Counted from the first letter of the whole stretch, positions 30,451-41,054 are shown. The stretch is DNA of 63,445 nt, filler included, from Deltaproteobacteria bacterium (GCA_030698575.1; 10 parts of 10 records of this genome joined end to end with filler, not necessarily neighbours in it); one strand, 5' to 3'. The notes: generated from the letters alone by a model not told the origin. Made by a program: numbers and translations.

Positions 30451-30710
30451 CTCGGGAAGACTCCGGGAGCGGTGCGCCTGCCATCGCGATGGGATCCGCC
30501 TGGCAGACGTCTTGATGCGTAGCCAATCGGTCATGTGGCTCGGGTTCGGGGGGTGAACTGTTTCGGCCGGCGCTGCAAGATAGCGCAAAATCCCTCCCGG
30601 TGTCATCGCAATAGGGGGGGCGGTTTCCCGGGAGGACCTACAGGGTGTAGCCGAAAGCGGATCGGGAAGTCAAGTCCCCGTTATGAAACGGAAAAAATGG
30701 GAGATTGCGT

Positions 30711-30739
30711 TTGACGCTCTCCCGGTGTGGGGCTAGATT
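30711..30739 (+). promoter_or_regulatory. sigma70-like promoter upstream of PIN/TRAM gene
   Basis: TTGACG-17 nt-TAGATT. Confidence 0.55.
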
Positions 30740-30855
30740 GGAGGCATGGTCGCTTCAATACATCCTGTCATCGCCCCCTGGTGCGTGCCGGCGTTTCATT
30801 CATCCCTGGAAGTCACTTCTACTAGGCCGGTACCGGGGTGGCCCGGAGGTCAATC

Positions 30856-31845
30856 ATGTCCGCGGTCATCGTTCTACGGACACTGCTCGTGCTGTTTTGC
30901 ACGATCACCGGCAGCCTGGCCGGAGACGCCATCGGCGGCCCCTACGGGGGGGCCACCGGTGCTGCCCTCGGCGTGGTCATCGCATTCGCCGCCTTCGGCC
31001 TGGAGCGGCAATTCAGGAACGCTCCCCTCAAGGTCGTGGTGGGAGGGCTCGGCGGGCTAGCCGCCGGCCTCGTCGTCGGGAACCTGATCGGCTTTGCCTT
31101 CCTCCTCTCGCGGCTCGGCCAGCCGCGCCTGGAACTTCTTGCCTACTTCACCGTCACGCTCCTCGCGGGCTACCTCGGGCTCCGCGCGGGCGCCCAGCAG
31201 GGGCTGGCCTACAAGCGACCAAAGGGTGAGGGGGAAGACGACACGAACGTAGGCCTCAAGATCCTCGACACAAGCGCGATCATCGACGGCCGCATCGCGG
31301 ACATCTGCGATACCGGATTCCTCGAAGGAACGATCATCATTCCGCACTTCATTCTGCAGGAACTTCAGTACGTCGCCGACAGCTACGACGGCTCGAAGCG
31401 GGCCCGGGGGCGCCGCGGACTGGACATCCTGAAGCGCATTCAGGGGCAGCAGCATGCCCGGGTCTCCATCATCGATCGCGATTTTCCCCAAATAAAGGAG
31501 ATTGACGCCAAGCTGGTCGCGCTTGCGCGCGCCATGGGGGCGAAGATAGTCACGAACGACTTCAATCTGAACAAGGTTGCCGAGCTGCAGGGAGTCCTGT
31601 CCCTGAACATCAACGATCTGGCGAATGCCCTCCGGCCGGTGGTTCTGCCGGGCGAGATGATGAACGTCTACGTGCTGCGGGAAGGGAAGGAACCCGGGCA
31701 GGGGGTGGCCTACCTCGAGGACGGCACGATGGTGGTGGTGGACAACGCGAAGCGGCAGGTTGGCAAGAACATCGAGGTGACGGTGACCAGCGTGCTGCAA
31801 ACGACGGCGGGCCGGATGATCTTCACCCGCCTGAAGGAGGAATGA
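30856..31845 (+). CDS. Membrane PIN/TRAM domain protein (YacL-like)
   Basis: KILDTSAIIDGRI, TNDFNLNKVA, GVAYLEDGTMVVV, VLQTTAGRMIF. Confidence 0.93.
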   Translation: MSAVIVLRTLLVLFCTITGSLAGDAIGGPYGGATGAALGVVIAFAAFGLERQFRNAPLKVVVGGLGGLAAGLVVGNLIGFAFLLSRLGQPRLELLAYFTVTLLAGYLGLRAGAQQGLAYKRPKGEGEDDTNVGLKILDTSAIIDGRIADICDTGFLEGTIIIPHFILQELQYVADSYDGSKRARGRRGLDILKRIQGQQHARVSIIDRDFPQIKEIDAKLVALARAMGAKIVTNDFNLNKVAELQGVLSLNINDLANALRPVVLPGEMMNVYVLREGKEPGQGVAYLEDGTMVVVDNAKRQVGKNIEVTVTSVLQTTAGRMIFTRLKEE

Positions 31846-31885
31846 GCGGCGTCCGCGCCGCCGTCCCGACCTGGAACAGGAGCCC

Positions 31886-32785
31886 ATGAAGCTTAAGCAC
31901 ATCGTCGTTGCAACGGATTTCTCCCCGATCTCCCGCCGGGCCGTCGAGGCGGGGCTGGCGCTCGCCGCGAAGGCCGGCGCGAAGCTCACGATCGCGCACA
32001 TACTCCCCTCGGTCGTGCCGATCTACGCGGCCCTTCCGACGCAGATATCGAAGGATCTCTCGGCGAAACAGGATGCGGTCAAACGCACTCTCCACGCGCG
32101 CCTCGAACGGTTGATCGAAGAGGCCGGGAAGGCGGGTGTGCGGGCAACCGCACTCTTCGAGACGGGGGATCCGGTCGCCCGGATACTTCATCTGGCCGCC
32201 GCGAAGCGCGCCGATCTTATCGTGGTCGCGACGCACGGACGGGGCGCCGCGGCCCATTTGCTGCTGGGGAGCGTGGCCGAGAAGATTGTCCGCCAGGCGC
32301 CCTGCTCTGTGCTCGTAGTGAAGAAGGGCAAGTGGCGCGCGAAAGGGCGGGCGCTGATCGCGCTAGATCGATCAGCCGTGACGCCGCGGGTTCTGAAGGG
32401 CGCCGCCCAGCTGGCCGAGCAGATCGGCGCGCGCCTGTCGGTCGTTCACGTCATCAACGATACGCGCCAGGTGGCCGACGCGCTCGCGTCATCTCATCCG
32501 GGTAACATCCTCGACGCGATCACGAAGCTTGGGATTGAACGGGCGCGGAAAGGCATTGGCGAGACGCTGTCCGAGGCGGGTGTGCGAGTGAAGCCGGCGG
32601 ACATTCTCATCAGGGAGGGGCGGCCGCAGGACGTCATCGAGCGCGAGAGCGCGAAGGGCGTCATGCTGACGATTGTCGGAACGCACTCCCGCAAGGGAGC
32701 CTCACGGCTGTTCCTGGGGAGCGTGGCCGAGGCCGTGGTGCGGAGCGCGCGCTCGCCGGTGCTGGTGCTGAAGGGGCTGCACTGA
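31886..32785 (+). CDS. Universal stress protein (tandem Usp)
   Basis: IVVATDFS; two LGSVAE...P..VL motifs. Confidence 0.92.
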   Translation: MKLKHIVVATDFSPISRRAVEAGLALAAKAGAKLTIAHILPSVVPIYAALPTQISKDLSAKQDAVKRTLHARLERLIEEAGKAGVRATALFETGDPVARILHLAAAKRADLIVVATHGRGAAAHLLLGSVAEKIVRQAPCSVLVVKKGKWRAKGRALIALDRSAVTPRVLKGAAQLAEQIGARLSVVHVINDTRQVADALASSHPGNILDAITKLGIERARKGIGETLSEAGVRVKPADILIREGRPQDVIERESAKGVMLTIVGTHSRKGASRLFLGSVAEAVVRSARSPVLVLKGLH

Positions 32786-32795
32786 ACGGCGCTTC

Positions 32796-33413
32796 TCAGC
32801 CCTCCGGCCCGGCGCTTTTCGTGTAGGAAGGGCGCGCTTTCAGGCGCTCGACCCAGGCCGAGAAGCGCGGGAACCGGTCGCCCACCTCGATTCCGATCAG
32901 ACCCAGAACGGTCACGTGAGGCGCCAGCGCGGCGTCGGCCAGCGTGAACTCGCCCGCCAGAAACGGACCCGATCCGAACCGCTTGTCGAGCTCCGCGACG
33001 GCACGCTCGATCGCCTTCGTCCGCCGGGTGATCATCTCCTTGTCGCGCTGCGGCTCTGGCTTCAGCAGGCTTTCCACCAGCACCGGGCCGAGGTTGGCGT
33101 GAAGATGCTGATTGGCCCAGTGGATGACCTGGCGCACGCGGGCACGGTCCGGCGCCCCCTCAGGCATGAGCGGCGGATCGGGGTAGTGCTCGTCGAGATA
33201 GCTGTTGATGATGTTTGATTCGTAGATCGTCAGGTCGCCGTCCACGAGGACCGGCACCTTTCCGAAAGGGTTCATCGCGAGAAACTCCGGCGTGCGGGTC
33301 TCCCCCTTCATGACGTTCAGGACTTTCGACTCGAAGTCGAGCCCCTTTTCCGCGAGAACAATGCGCACCTCGCGGCTGTTGCCCGATTCCCAGAAGTGGT
33401 AGAGCGTGATCAT
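32796..33413 (-). CDS. Glutathione S-transferase family protein
   Basis: NPFGKVPVLVD, YESNIINSYL, FTLAD. Confidence 0.92.
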   Translation of the reverse strand: MITLYHFWESGNSREVRIVLAEKGLDFESKVLNVMKGETRTPEFLAMNPFGKVPVLVDGDLTIYESNIINSYLDEHYPDPPLMPEGAPDRARVRQVIHWANQHLHANLGPVLVESLLKPEPQRDKEMITRRTKAIERAVAELDKRFGSGPFLAGEFTLADAALAPHVTVLGLIGIEVGDRFPRFSAWVERLKARPSYTKSAGPEG

Positions 33414-34924
33414 CGCGTTGACTCCCTCCCGTTGAGATTCTCGAGGAGCGCTTCACCCGCCCCCTCTCTCCTCGCTTCGCCTGCCAGCTCGCCTGCCAGC
33501 TCGCCTGCCAGCCCGCCTGCCAGCGCGCCTGCCAGCTCGCCTGAATGAACGCTGTCGGGAATCCCCACGCCCTCCAGCCAGTTTCCCGCAAGAGCGAGGC
33601 CCCGATGCCGCGCCGCCGCGCGGCGGATCGCCTCGACACGCCCCAGGTGTCCGGGCTCGTACTGCGGCATCGAGGCGGGGTGGCGATGGACCGCCGAGAA
33701 GATCGGCGGCTTCCGGACGCCCAGGATCTCCCCCAGCTCCGCGCAGGCCGCCTCGACCAGTGACGAATCCGGCGCTTCGAGTGAGCCGGGCGCGAGATTC
33801 CCGCCGAGGAAGGCGCGGATCAGCGCAACGCCCGGCGGCGAGCGCCCGTCGAACTTCACGCTCGAGAACGTCACCGCCAGGATTCGCCGCTTCTCCACCT
33901 GCGGTGCGACGAAGCCGAAGGCGTCGAGCGGGTGAGGGACGTCCTCCCGCGCCCAGGCCAGCGTCACGATGGCCGACGACGCCGTGCGGATCGAGCCGAG
34001 GAGTGCGGACAGCTCCGGATCGAGCTCCGACAGCAGGCGCGCGCTCGCGGCGGCAGGCAGGGCCAGCAGCACCGCGTCGGCAGGAAGGCTCTCACCGCCG
34101 GCGAGGCCGAGCGCGAAGACGCCGTTCCGCCGGCCAAGGGACTGCGCCTCGACACCGAGCCGCAACCGGTCGGGCCCGATGACGCGGGCCAGGGCACCGG
34201 TCAGCGTCTGCATACCGGCGTCGAAAGAGGCGAAGAGCCCGTAACGTGCGCCGGAAGCGTTGCGCTGCTCGCCCGCGGTCGCGCGCAGCCCGCGGACGAC
34301 GCTTCCGTAGTCACGCTCGAAGGCAGCGAAGCGTGGGAGGGTTGCGCGGAGGCTCAGCCCATCTGGACTGCCCGTGTAGATGCCCCCGACGAGGGGTTGC
34401 GCGAGGCGATCCAGGCATTCCCGTCCCAGCCGGCGCCGGACGAACGCCCCCACGGATTCGTCCTCTTCCGCGGCGGCGCCACGGCGCCGGGGGATGAATG
34501 GCTCGCAGGCCGCCCGCAACTTTCCCCGCCAGGACAGCAGCGGGGTCGCGAGGAAAGCCGGCCATTCGGCCGGCGCCAGCAGCTGGAAGCCCTGCGGGAC
34601 GGGGAGAAGCCGTCCCCGGTGCAGGATAAGGGCCCGGCGCGTGCGCGGATCGTCCCGTGTGGCCACCAGGAGTTCGCCGAGACCAAGGCGCCGCGCGAGG
34701 TTCTCCGCCCAGGGCTTTTCCGTGAAAAACGAATCGGCTCCCCACTCCACGAGGATTTCGCCGAGGGGTGTCGACTCGCGCGTCGTCCGGATGCTTCCGC
34801 CCGGGCGATCGGCCGCGTCGATCACCTGGAGATCGAGCGGTGCGCCGGCCGCTGCTGCCAGCTCCAGCACGCGGTGGGCCGCCGCGAGCCCCGTGATGCC
34901 GGCCCCGATCACGATGAGCTTCAC
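33410..34924 (-). CDS. hemG: Protoporphyrinogen/coproporphyrinogen oxidase (HemY type)
   Basis: IGAGITGL, EWGADSF, MPQYEPGH, GVGIPD. Confidence 0.92.
   Translation of the reverse strand: MKLIVIGAGITGLAAAHRVLELAAAAGAPLDLQVIDAADRPGGSIRTTRESTPLGEILVEWGADSFFTEKPWAENLARRLGLGELLVATRDDPRTRRALILHRGRLLPVPQGFQLLAPAEWPAFLATPLLSWRGKLRAACEPFIPRRRGAAAEEDESVGAFVRRRLGRECLDRLAQPLVGGIYTGSPDGLSLRATLPRFAAFERDYGSVVRGLRATAGEQRNASGARYGLFASFDAGMQTLTGALARVIGPDRLRLGVEAQSLGRRNGVFALGLAGGESLPADAVLLALPAAASARLLSELDPELSALLGSIRTASSAIVTLAWAREDVPHPLDAFGFVAPQVEKRRILAVTFSSVKFDGRSPPGVALIRAFLGGNLAPGSLEAPDSSLVEAACAELGEILGVRKPPIFSAVHRHPASMPQYEPGHLGRVEAIRRAAARHRGLALAGNWLEGVGIPDSVHSGELAGALAGGLAGELAGELAGEARREGAGEALLENLNGRESTR
33476..33543. 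repeat. 12-bp tandem repeat, about 5.7 copies, inside the hemG 3' end
   Basis: Unit C(T/C/G)CGCCTGCCAG encoding GELA/GALA/GGLA. Confidence 0.9.
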
Positions 34925-35847
34925 TGGAGCGCCCGCACCGCGTCCGCGAGGGCGCGGATGAAGCGGGGGTGATCGAGGACGGTTCGCGCGCGGATGAGGC
35001 GGAGATCGAGCCTCTGCGCCGCGTCGGCGGCCTCTACGTCGAGATCGTAGAGGACCTCCATGTGATCCGACAGGAATCCGATCGGTGCGACGACGGCGAT
35101 GCGCGTTCCCCGACGCTTCTCGTCCGCCAGGGCGTCGCAGACGTCGGGTTCGAGCCAGGGGTCGGAAGGGCGCCCGCTACGGCTCTGGTAGACGAGCCGC
35201 CAGCGGCGCGGGCGCACCCGGGCGGCGACCGCCTCGCAGCTCTCCTCGAGCTGGGAGACGTAGGGCGTGGCCTTCGCGGAGGCGGTGGGGATGCTGTGCG
35301 CCGTGAAAAGCAGGACGCCGTCTCCGGCCCGGGTCGCCCTGAAGCCGGGGTCTGCCTCGCCTATCCGGTCGGCGACGGCGTCGATGAAGCCGGGATGGGC
35401 GTGAAACGATTCGGTGTAGACGACCTCCGGCGCCCGCTCCCCCAGTGCCGCGCGCGCGTCCTCGACGGCCTTCACGTACTTGTCGTAGGACGCCGCGCCC
35501 GAACGCTGGGCGGCCATCACCACGCCGGCGGTCCGCCGGGCGCCGCCATCGACGAGCTCACGCAGCGCCTCGGCGGCGAAGGGCTTCCAGTGGCGGTTCC
35601 CCACCCGGACCGGCACGTCCAGGCCGTCCTCGCGTAGCGCTGCCTCGAGCTCCCGCGCCTGTGCAAAGGCGTGCTCGTTGATGGGCGATCGCCCTCCGAA
35701 GTGCATGTAGTGCGGCGCGATCTCGGAAATCTTCCCGGCCGCTCCCGGCACGTTCCGGAGCACGTTTTCGAGAAAGGGAACGACGTCGTCGGGGCCCTCG
35801 GGCCCGCCGAAGCTCACGAGGATCACGCTGTCGATGGGCTCAGCCAC
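34921..35847 (-). CDS. hemH: Ferrochelatase
   Basis: SFGGPE, GGRSPIN, FTAHSIP, YQSRSG..WLEP, GFLSDHMEVLYDLD. Confidence 0.95.
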   Translation of the reverse strand: MAEPIDSVILVSFGGPEGPDDVVPFLENVLRNVPGAAGKISEIAPHYMHFGGRSPINEHAFAQARELEAALREDGLDVPVRVGNRHWKPFAAEALRELVDGGARRTAGVVMAAQRSGAASYDKYVKAVEDARAALGERAPEVVYTESFHAHPGFIDAVADRIGEADPGFRATRAGDGVLLFTAHSIPTASAKATPYVSQLEESCEAVAARVRPRRWRLVYQSRSGRPSDPWLEPDVCDALADEKRRGTRIAVVAPIGFLSDHMEVLYDLDVEAADAAQRLDLRLIRARTVLDHPRFIRALADAVRALQ

Positions 35848-37789
35848 GTCGCGCGCTCATCTCGTGCACCGCCTCGACCAGCGCGATGGCGTGATCGACT
35901 GAGGTCTGCGGGAGGATGCCGTGCCCGAGGTTGAAGACATGGCCCGGCCGGCCGTCGGCGGCGTCGAGGATGGCCCGCACGCGCTCGCGAATGGTTTCAG
36001 GCGGCGCGAACAGCACCATGGGATCGAGGTTGCCCTGCACCCCGCGATCGTGCCCGACGCGCGCCCATCCCTCGGCCAGATCCAGGCGCCAGTCGAGGCC
36101 GATCACGTCGCCGCCCGCCTCGCGCATGAGATGAAGGATGCCCGCCGTTCCCGTCCCGAAGTGGATGACGGGGACGCCGGGGGTGAGCGAGCGGATCAGA
36201 TCCCGGGTGTAGGGAAGCGCGTGGTCGGCGTAGTCGCGAGGCGAGAGGGCGCCGACCCAGCTGTCGAAGATCTGGACCACCTGCGCCCCCGCCGCGATCT
36301 GGGCGTTCAGGTGCCGGCCCAGGGTCCGCGTCAGCTTCTCCATGAGCGCGCGCCACGCGCCTGGATCGCGGTACATGAGCGTCTTCGTCTGCTCGAAGCT
36401 GCGTGAAGCGCCGCCCTCGCAGACATAGGAGGCGAGCGTGAAGGGCGCGCCGGCGAACCCGATGAGTGGAATGTCGGGTGGGAGCGCATCGCGCGTGAGG
36501 CGAATGCCCTCGTAAACGTGGGGGAGAAACTCCAGGGGATCGATCTCCCGCAGCGCGTCGACGGCGCCCGCGCTGCCGACAGCGCCGTGAAGCACCGGCC
36601 CATCACCGGCCACGAACTCCAGCCGCGCGCCCATTGGATCGAGCGGCAACAGGATGTCCGAAAAAATTATGGCGGCGTCGACGCCGAGCCGCTTGGCGGC
36701 GGTCACGGTCACCTCGCAGACGAGCTCGGGGCGGCGGCAGAGATCGAGGAACCCGACCTTGGCCCTGACGGCGCGGTACTCGGGCATGTAGCGCCCCGCC
36801 TGGCGCATGATCCAGATGGGCGTGTAGGGAGCCGGCTTCAGGCGGCATGCCTTCATGAAGGGGCTTTCTTCGAGGCGCGCCTGGCGGTCGGCCGCCGGAG
36901 CGGCGCGCGCTTCCCCGCGGGGCATCTCGACGGCGGGCCCGAGCGCCGCCTCGCGCTTCGCCGCAAGCCACTCCGCGGCGCCCTCGGCGGTCTCGCGGAT
37001 GAGCGGTCCCATTTTCGGATGAGAGGGTTCGAAGTCCACCGGGCACCTCTCGCGCCGGAGCGCCTCGGAGCAGACCGGGCCGACGGAGGCGACGACCATG
37101 GAGGCCAGGGCGCCGCGGAGTTCATCTTCGAGCGATTCCTCGCGCGCGATCCGGAAGAGATGATCCACCTGCGTGGCGTTTGTGAACATCGCCACCTGTA
37201 CCCGCCCCGCGGCGATCTCCCGCACGGAGGCGCGAAGCGGCCCGGTGTCCTCGGGCAGGGCCCAGCGGTAAATCGGCACGGGCAGCACCTCGGCCCCCCT
37301 GGCTTCGAGCCCCCGGACGAGATCGGCGTTGGAGACGCCGTATTCCTGCACTGCCACCCGCTTGCGGGAGAGCGGCGTGGCGGCGTCGAGCGCCGTGAGA
37401 AGTTCGCGCCAGGTGTTCGGTTCCGGCACCAGGATGTCGACCCGCGCTCCCAGTTCGCGGAGCGCGGCGACAGGCTTGGGACCGCGCGCCACGACCAGCG
37501 TGCCGCCAAGGGCCTCGGCGAGGGCCTCGCGCGGGAACGAGGGCGCCAGGGCAGTCGCCAGGGTCCGGGTGCCGACGCCGGTCAGGAAGATGACGACGTC
37601 GATGGTTCCGGCGCGCAGAGCTTCGAGGAAGGGCTGGAGGGCGGGCGGGTTCTCGATGGGAATTTCGCGGAGACTCGGCACGACGAGAGGAACGCCGCCA
37701 TGGCGTGCAATGCTCTCGGACATCGTTTCAGCGTGGCGGCTCTCGGGAGAGAAGACTCTGAGACCGCCGAAATTAGCGCGCTCCCTCAT
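35840..37789 (-). CDS. hemE: Fused uroporphyrinogen-III synthase / uroporphyrinogen decarboxylase (HemD-HemE)
   Basis: N-terminal FLTGVG, ARGPKP, YRWALP, SVGP (HemD); C-terminal WIMRQAGRY, FSDIL, QIFDSW, FNLGHG (HemE). Confidence 0.92.
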   Translation of the reverse strand: MRERANFGGLRVFSPESRHAETMSESIARHGGVPLVVPSLREIPIENPPALQPFLEALRAGTIDVVIFLTGVGTRTLATALAPSFPREALAEALGGTLVVARGPKPVAALRELGARVDILVPEPNTWRELLTALDAATPLSRKRVAVQEYGVSNADLVRGLEARGAEVLPVPIYRWALPEDTGPLRASVREIAAGRVQVAMFTNATQVDHLFRIAREESLEDELRGALASMVVASVGPVCSEALRRERCPVDFEPSHPKMGPLIRETAEGAAEWLAAKREAALGPAVEMPRGEARAAPAADRQARLEESPFMKACRLKPAPYTPIWIMRQAGRYMPEYRAVRAKVGFLDLCRRPELVCEVTVTAAKRLGVDAAIIFSDILLPLDPMGARLEFVAGDGPVLHGAVGSAGAVDALREIDPLEFLPHVYEGIRLTRDALPPDIPLIGFAGAPFTLASYVCEGGASRSFEQTKTLMYRDPGAWRALMEKLTRTLGRHLNAQIAAGAQVVQIFDSWVGALSPRDYADHALPYTRDLIRSLTPGVPVIHFGTGTAGILHLMREAGGDVIGLDWRLDLAEGWARVGHDRGVQGNLDPMVLFAPPETIRERVRAILDAADGRPGHVFNLGHGILPQTSVDHAIALVEAVHEMSARRG

Positions 37790-37924
37790 GGCGGGAAGAA
37801 ATACCACCCTTCCGGAGGGGTGTCCACGCGGGTCGCTCCGCGGATCACGGCCGGCCCCATACCCCACGAAAGCTGCTCGAGGTGCTATAGAGTAAGAGAC
37901 CCCGTTCAGGAGGGCCTCCGGTCC

Positions 37925-38677
37925 ATGAAAAGCAGTGACAGAAACGCCTTCATCACCCGCCCGTCGGTCTGGAACCTGCTCGGAGAAATACGCTGGGTGG
38001 GGGAGTGGGTCGCGGGGAGCCTGCGGCGGGAGATGACCGATCTGCCCGAGGGTGACGGCCACGCTGTGCTCCTTCTGCCGGGCTTCCTTGCCTCTGACCG
38101 CTCGCTCGCGCCCCTGGCGCGCACGCTCCGCCGGCTGGGCTACATCACCTACCGTTCGGGGTTCAACCCCAACCCCGGGCCGACGCGCCCGGCCCTGGAC
38201 TGGCTGCGCGGTCGTGTGGTCGAGGTCATGGAGCGCGCCGAGACCCCGATATCGATCGTGGGCCAGAGCCTCGGCGGGATTTACGCGCGGGAGATCGCCC
38301 GGAACTACCCGTCGCGGGTTCGATGCGTAATCACGATGGGGAGCCCGTTCCAGGCGCCCGAGAACACCAACGCCTCGCTGGTCGCGACGGCGCTCGGGCG
38401 TTTCTGGGGCCGGGAGGAGAGAGAGTCTCGCCCCGCGCTCTCCGAGCCGCTCACAGTGCCGACCACCAGCGTCTTCAGCCGATCCGATGGCGTCGTTCCC
38501 TGGGAAGCCTGCATCGAGGCGCCCGGCCCGCAGCGGGAGAACATCGAAGTCCGCACGAGCCACATCGGCATGGCCGTTCATCCGGCGGTGATCCGCATCG
38601 TGGCCGACCGGCTCGCGCTTCCGCGGGGCGGATGGCGTCCCTATGCCTCCTCCGAAGGCTCGGCCGGAACCGCCTGA
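37925..38677 (+). CDS. Alpha/beta hydrolase (lipase/esterase-like)
   Basis: LPGF, GQSLGG, DGVV, SHIG. Confidence 0.85.
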   Translation: MKSSDRNAFITRPSVWNLLGEIRWVGEWVAGSLRREMTDLPEGDGHAVLLLPGFLASDRSLAPLARTLRRLGYITYRSGFNPNPGPTRPALDWLRGRVVEVMERAETPISIVGQSLGGIYAREIARNYPSRVRCVITMGSPFQAPENTNASLVATALGRFWGREERESRPALSEPLTVPTTSVFSRSDGVVPWEACIEAPGPQRENIEVRTSHIGMAVHPAVIRIVADRLALPRGGWRPYASSEGSAGTA

Positions 38678-38749
38678 CGGTCGGGCGTTTCATCTTTGCG
38701 CGATCAGCCGGGACGATCTTTCTCATCGCCCTTCTCACAGGAACCGCGC

Positions 38750-39154
38750 ATGCCCGCCCCAAGCATCGAGGAGCGCCCGATCGCCCTTGCCGCTTTCGGG
38801 AAGGGCTCTCGGCCCGCCATCGCCCGCGTACGCCTGTGGGGACGGGGTGAGCGGATGGGCCGCGCCGCCAAAGGTCTCCTGGCTTACTGGGCGCTGGCGG
38901 CCGCGGGGGCCTTCATCCCCGTCGCGCATCTGTTTCTGGTGCCGGGATTCCTGATAGGCGGGATCGTGGTGGGGCTCCGCCGGTCGGGCGAGGATGCAAC
39001 CTTCGAGGAGGTGCGGGGCGCCTGCCCGCTTTGCGGAGTCGAGGGCGAGTTCAGGGTGCGCGGAAAGTTTGCACTGCCGAGGGAAACGGACTGCGCCGGT
39101 TGTGGCGGGCGGGTGATGCTCCGGGAACCGGAGCTGGAAACGCGCATCGGGTGA
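38750..39154 (+). CDS. Hypothetical membrane protein with Zn-ribbon
   Basis: Two TM segments followed by CPLC...CAGC. Confidence 0.65.
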   Translation: MPAPSIEERPIALAAFGKGSRPAIARVRLWGRGERMGRAAKGLLAYWALAAAGAFIPVAHLFLVPGFLIGGIVVGLRRSGEDATFEEVRGACPLCGVEGEFRVRGKFALPRETDCAGCGGRVMLREPELETRIG

Positions 39155-39184
39155 AGCAGGTCGCCCGGCCCGGCACCGGACCGG

Positions 39185-40756
39185 TCAGGGCGAGGCCTTC
39201 TCCGGGAGCAGGCCGGGCTGCATCGGGGCCAGCTCGTCGGGAATCTCGCGGAGCTGGATGATCAGCTCGTCGAGCCGCTCGTTCACGTGCCCCGCGTACT
39301 CGTAGAAGTGCTTGTGGACGAGGGCGAAGAAGACGGCTTCCCGCAGGGCGGCGGGCCGGCGAAGAGCCGTCTGGACCACCATCGAGATCGTCATCCAGGC
39401 CCGCCTCGGCGAGGCGTTGAGCACGCAATCGCGGAACATCCTGAAGAGAACGCCAATGTCTTCCCGCCGCGTCGTGATCTTTCCCGTAACCTGCCGCCCG
39501 CGCCGCATGAGGTAGTCCATCGTCCGCTGCTTGTAGTTCCGGTAGTCGTAGAGCCGCTCCAGCAACGCCCGGTAGCCCTCGTAGAGCTCGAGGCGGCTCA
39601 TCGCCTTCGGAATGACGTTCGTAAAGACGAACTGATCGCCGACACTTTCCGCGATGAGCCGGCCCGCCTCGCGAAGCCGCTGGTGAAGCGGCGTTTTCGG
39701 CATCGCGTTGAGCATTCCCGTCATCGACACCGGAATGCGCGCGTCCTGGATGAACCGGAACTGCTCGTCGAAGATGTCGGTGTCATCGTGATCGAACCCG
39801 ACGATCATCCCCGCCTCCACCTGGATGCCGAAGGACTGGATGTGATGGACGTTATCCAGGATGTCGCCCCGGGCATTCTGCGTCTTGTGGGTCTCGAGCA
39901 GCGATTCTTTTCGAGGGCTCTCTATGCCTACGAAGATGGTGGTCATGCCCGCGTCGCGCATGAGCGCGAGCAGTTCGTCATCCCCCGCCACGTTCAGCGA
40001 GACCTCGGTGTTGAACTCGATGGGGTAGCCCCGCTCTTGCTGCCAAGCCGTGATCGCCCGGAGCAGCTCCTTGGCCAGTTTCTTGTTCCCGATGAAGTTG
40101 TCGTCGACAAGGAATATGCCGGTCATTCCCAGGCGGTAAACCTCTTCGATCTCGGCCATCACCTGCGCGACGCTCTTCGCGCGCGGCTTGCGCCCATACA
40201 TGACGATGATGTCACAGAACTCGCAGTTAAACGGGCATCCGCGCGCGAACTGGATGGTCATCGTCTGGTAGCGGTCGGTCTTCATGAGGTCGAAACGGGG
40301 GAGGGGAGAGTCGAGCATGCTGGGCTTCTCGACCTGCCGGTAGACCTCGAGATGCTCCCCGCGGGCATAGTCCTCGAGGAACTGCGGCCAGGTGTACTCC
40401 GCCTCATCGACGAAGCGCACGTCGACCTTCCCCTCCAGCTCCTCCGGGCAGAGCGAGACGAAGGGCCCGCCGACGACCACGAATTTTCCCCGCCGCTTGA
40501 ACTCCGCCGCGATCTCGAGAATGCGGTTCTTGTGGACGATGAAACCGGTGATGCCGATGATATCGGCGTCGGTGTCGAAGTCGACGTCTTCCACATTCTC
40601 GTCACAGAGAACGACCTCGTGCGCGCGAGGCGTGATGCCGGCGACGGTTGGCAGCGAGAGGTTCGGGAAGACGCAGCGTTTTCCCAGGCTCGACAGGATC
40701 CGATCCATGGTCCAGAACGACTCGGGGTTTTTGGGCGCGATGAGATAGATCTTCAT
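39185..40756 (-). CDS. B12-binding radical SAM protein (DUF4070/HpnP-like family)
   Basis: PNLSLPTVAG, DENV, RGCPFNCEFCDI, DDNFIGN, IVGFDHD. Confidence 0.9.
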   Translation of the reverse strand: MKIYLIAPKNPESFWTMDRILSSLGKRCVFPNLSLPTVAGITPRAHEVVLCDENVEDVDFDTDADIIGITGFIVHKNRILEIAAEFKRRGKFVVVGGPFVSLCPEELEGKVDVRFVDEAEYTWPQFLEDYARGEHLEVYRQVEKPSMLDSPLPRFDLMKTDRYQTMTIQFARGCPFNCEFCDIIVMYGRKPRAKSVAQVMAEIEEVYRLGMTGIFLVDDNFIGNKKLAKELLRAITAWQQERGYPIEFNTEVSLNVAGDDELLALMRDAGMTTIFVGIESPRKESLLETHKTQNARGDILDNVHHIQSFGIQVEAGMIVGFDHDDTDIFDEQFRFIQDARIPVSMTGMLNAMPKTPLHQRLREAGRLIAESVGDQFVFTNVIPKAMSRLELYEGYRALLERLYDYRNYKQRTMDYLMRRGRQVTGKITTRREDIGVLFRMFRDCVLNASPRRAWMTISMVVQTALRRPAALREAVFFALVHKHFYEYAGHVNERLDELIIQLREIPDELAPMQPGLLPEKASP

Positions 40757-41054
40757 GAGCGAGCCTCGTGAGGCACCCGGGCGCCTTTCGAAAGGTTCAC
40801 GCGGTCCGGCCTGGAAGCAGTCGTTAGCTACTATCACGCCAACCCCGCGTTGGCAAGCGCGGGAACGCCGACCGACGCTCTCCTCCAGCATCGCCGGCGA
40901 CGCTACTTTCGCGGCGCGCGATCGGCTATGCTGGCCGCTCCCCGGGAGGCGAGACCCGTCGCCTGCTGCTTCAACAGGGCGGGCAAGCTCGGCCGCTGGC
41001 GTCGTCGAGTCATCCTTACGAATCATCACTATTCAAGCGAAGGAGTTCCGGATC

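Noticed and set aside
35840-38581. 913-aa ORF suggesting an extra N-terminal domain on HemD-HemE
   Set aside because: The extension is antisense to the alpha/beta hydrolase; the likely start is 37789
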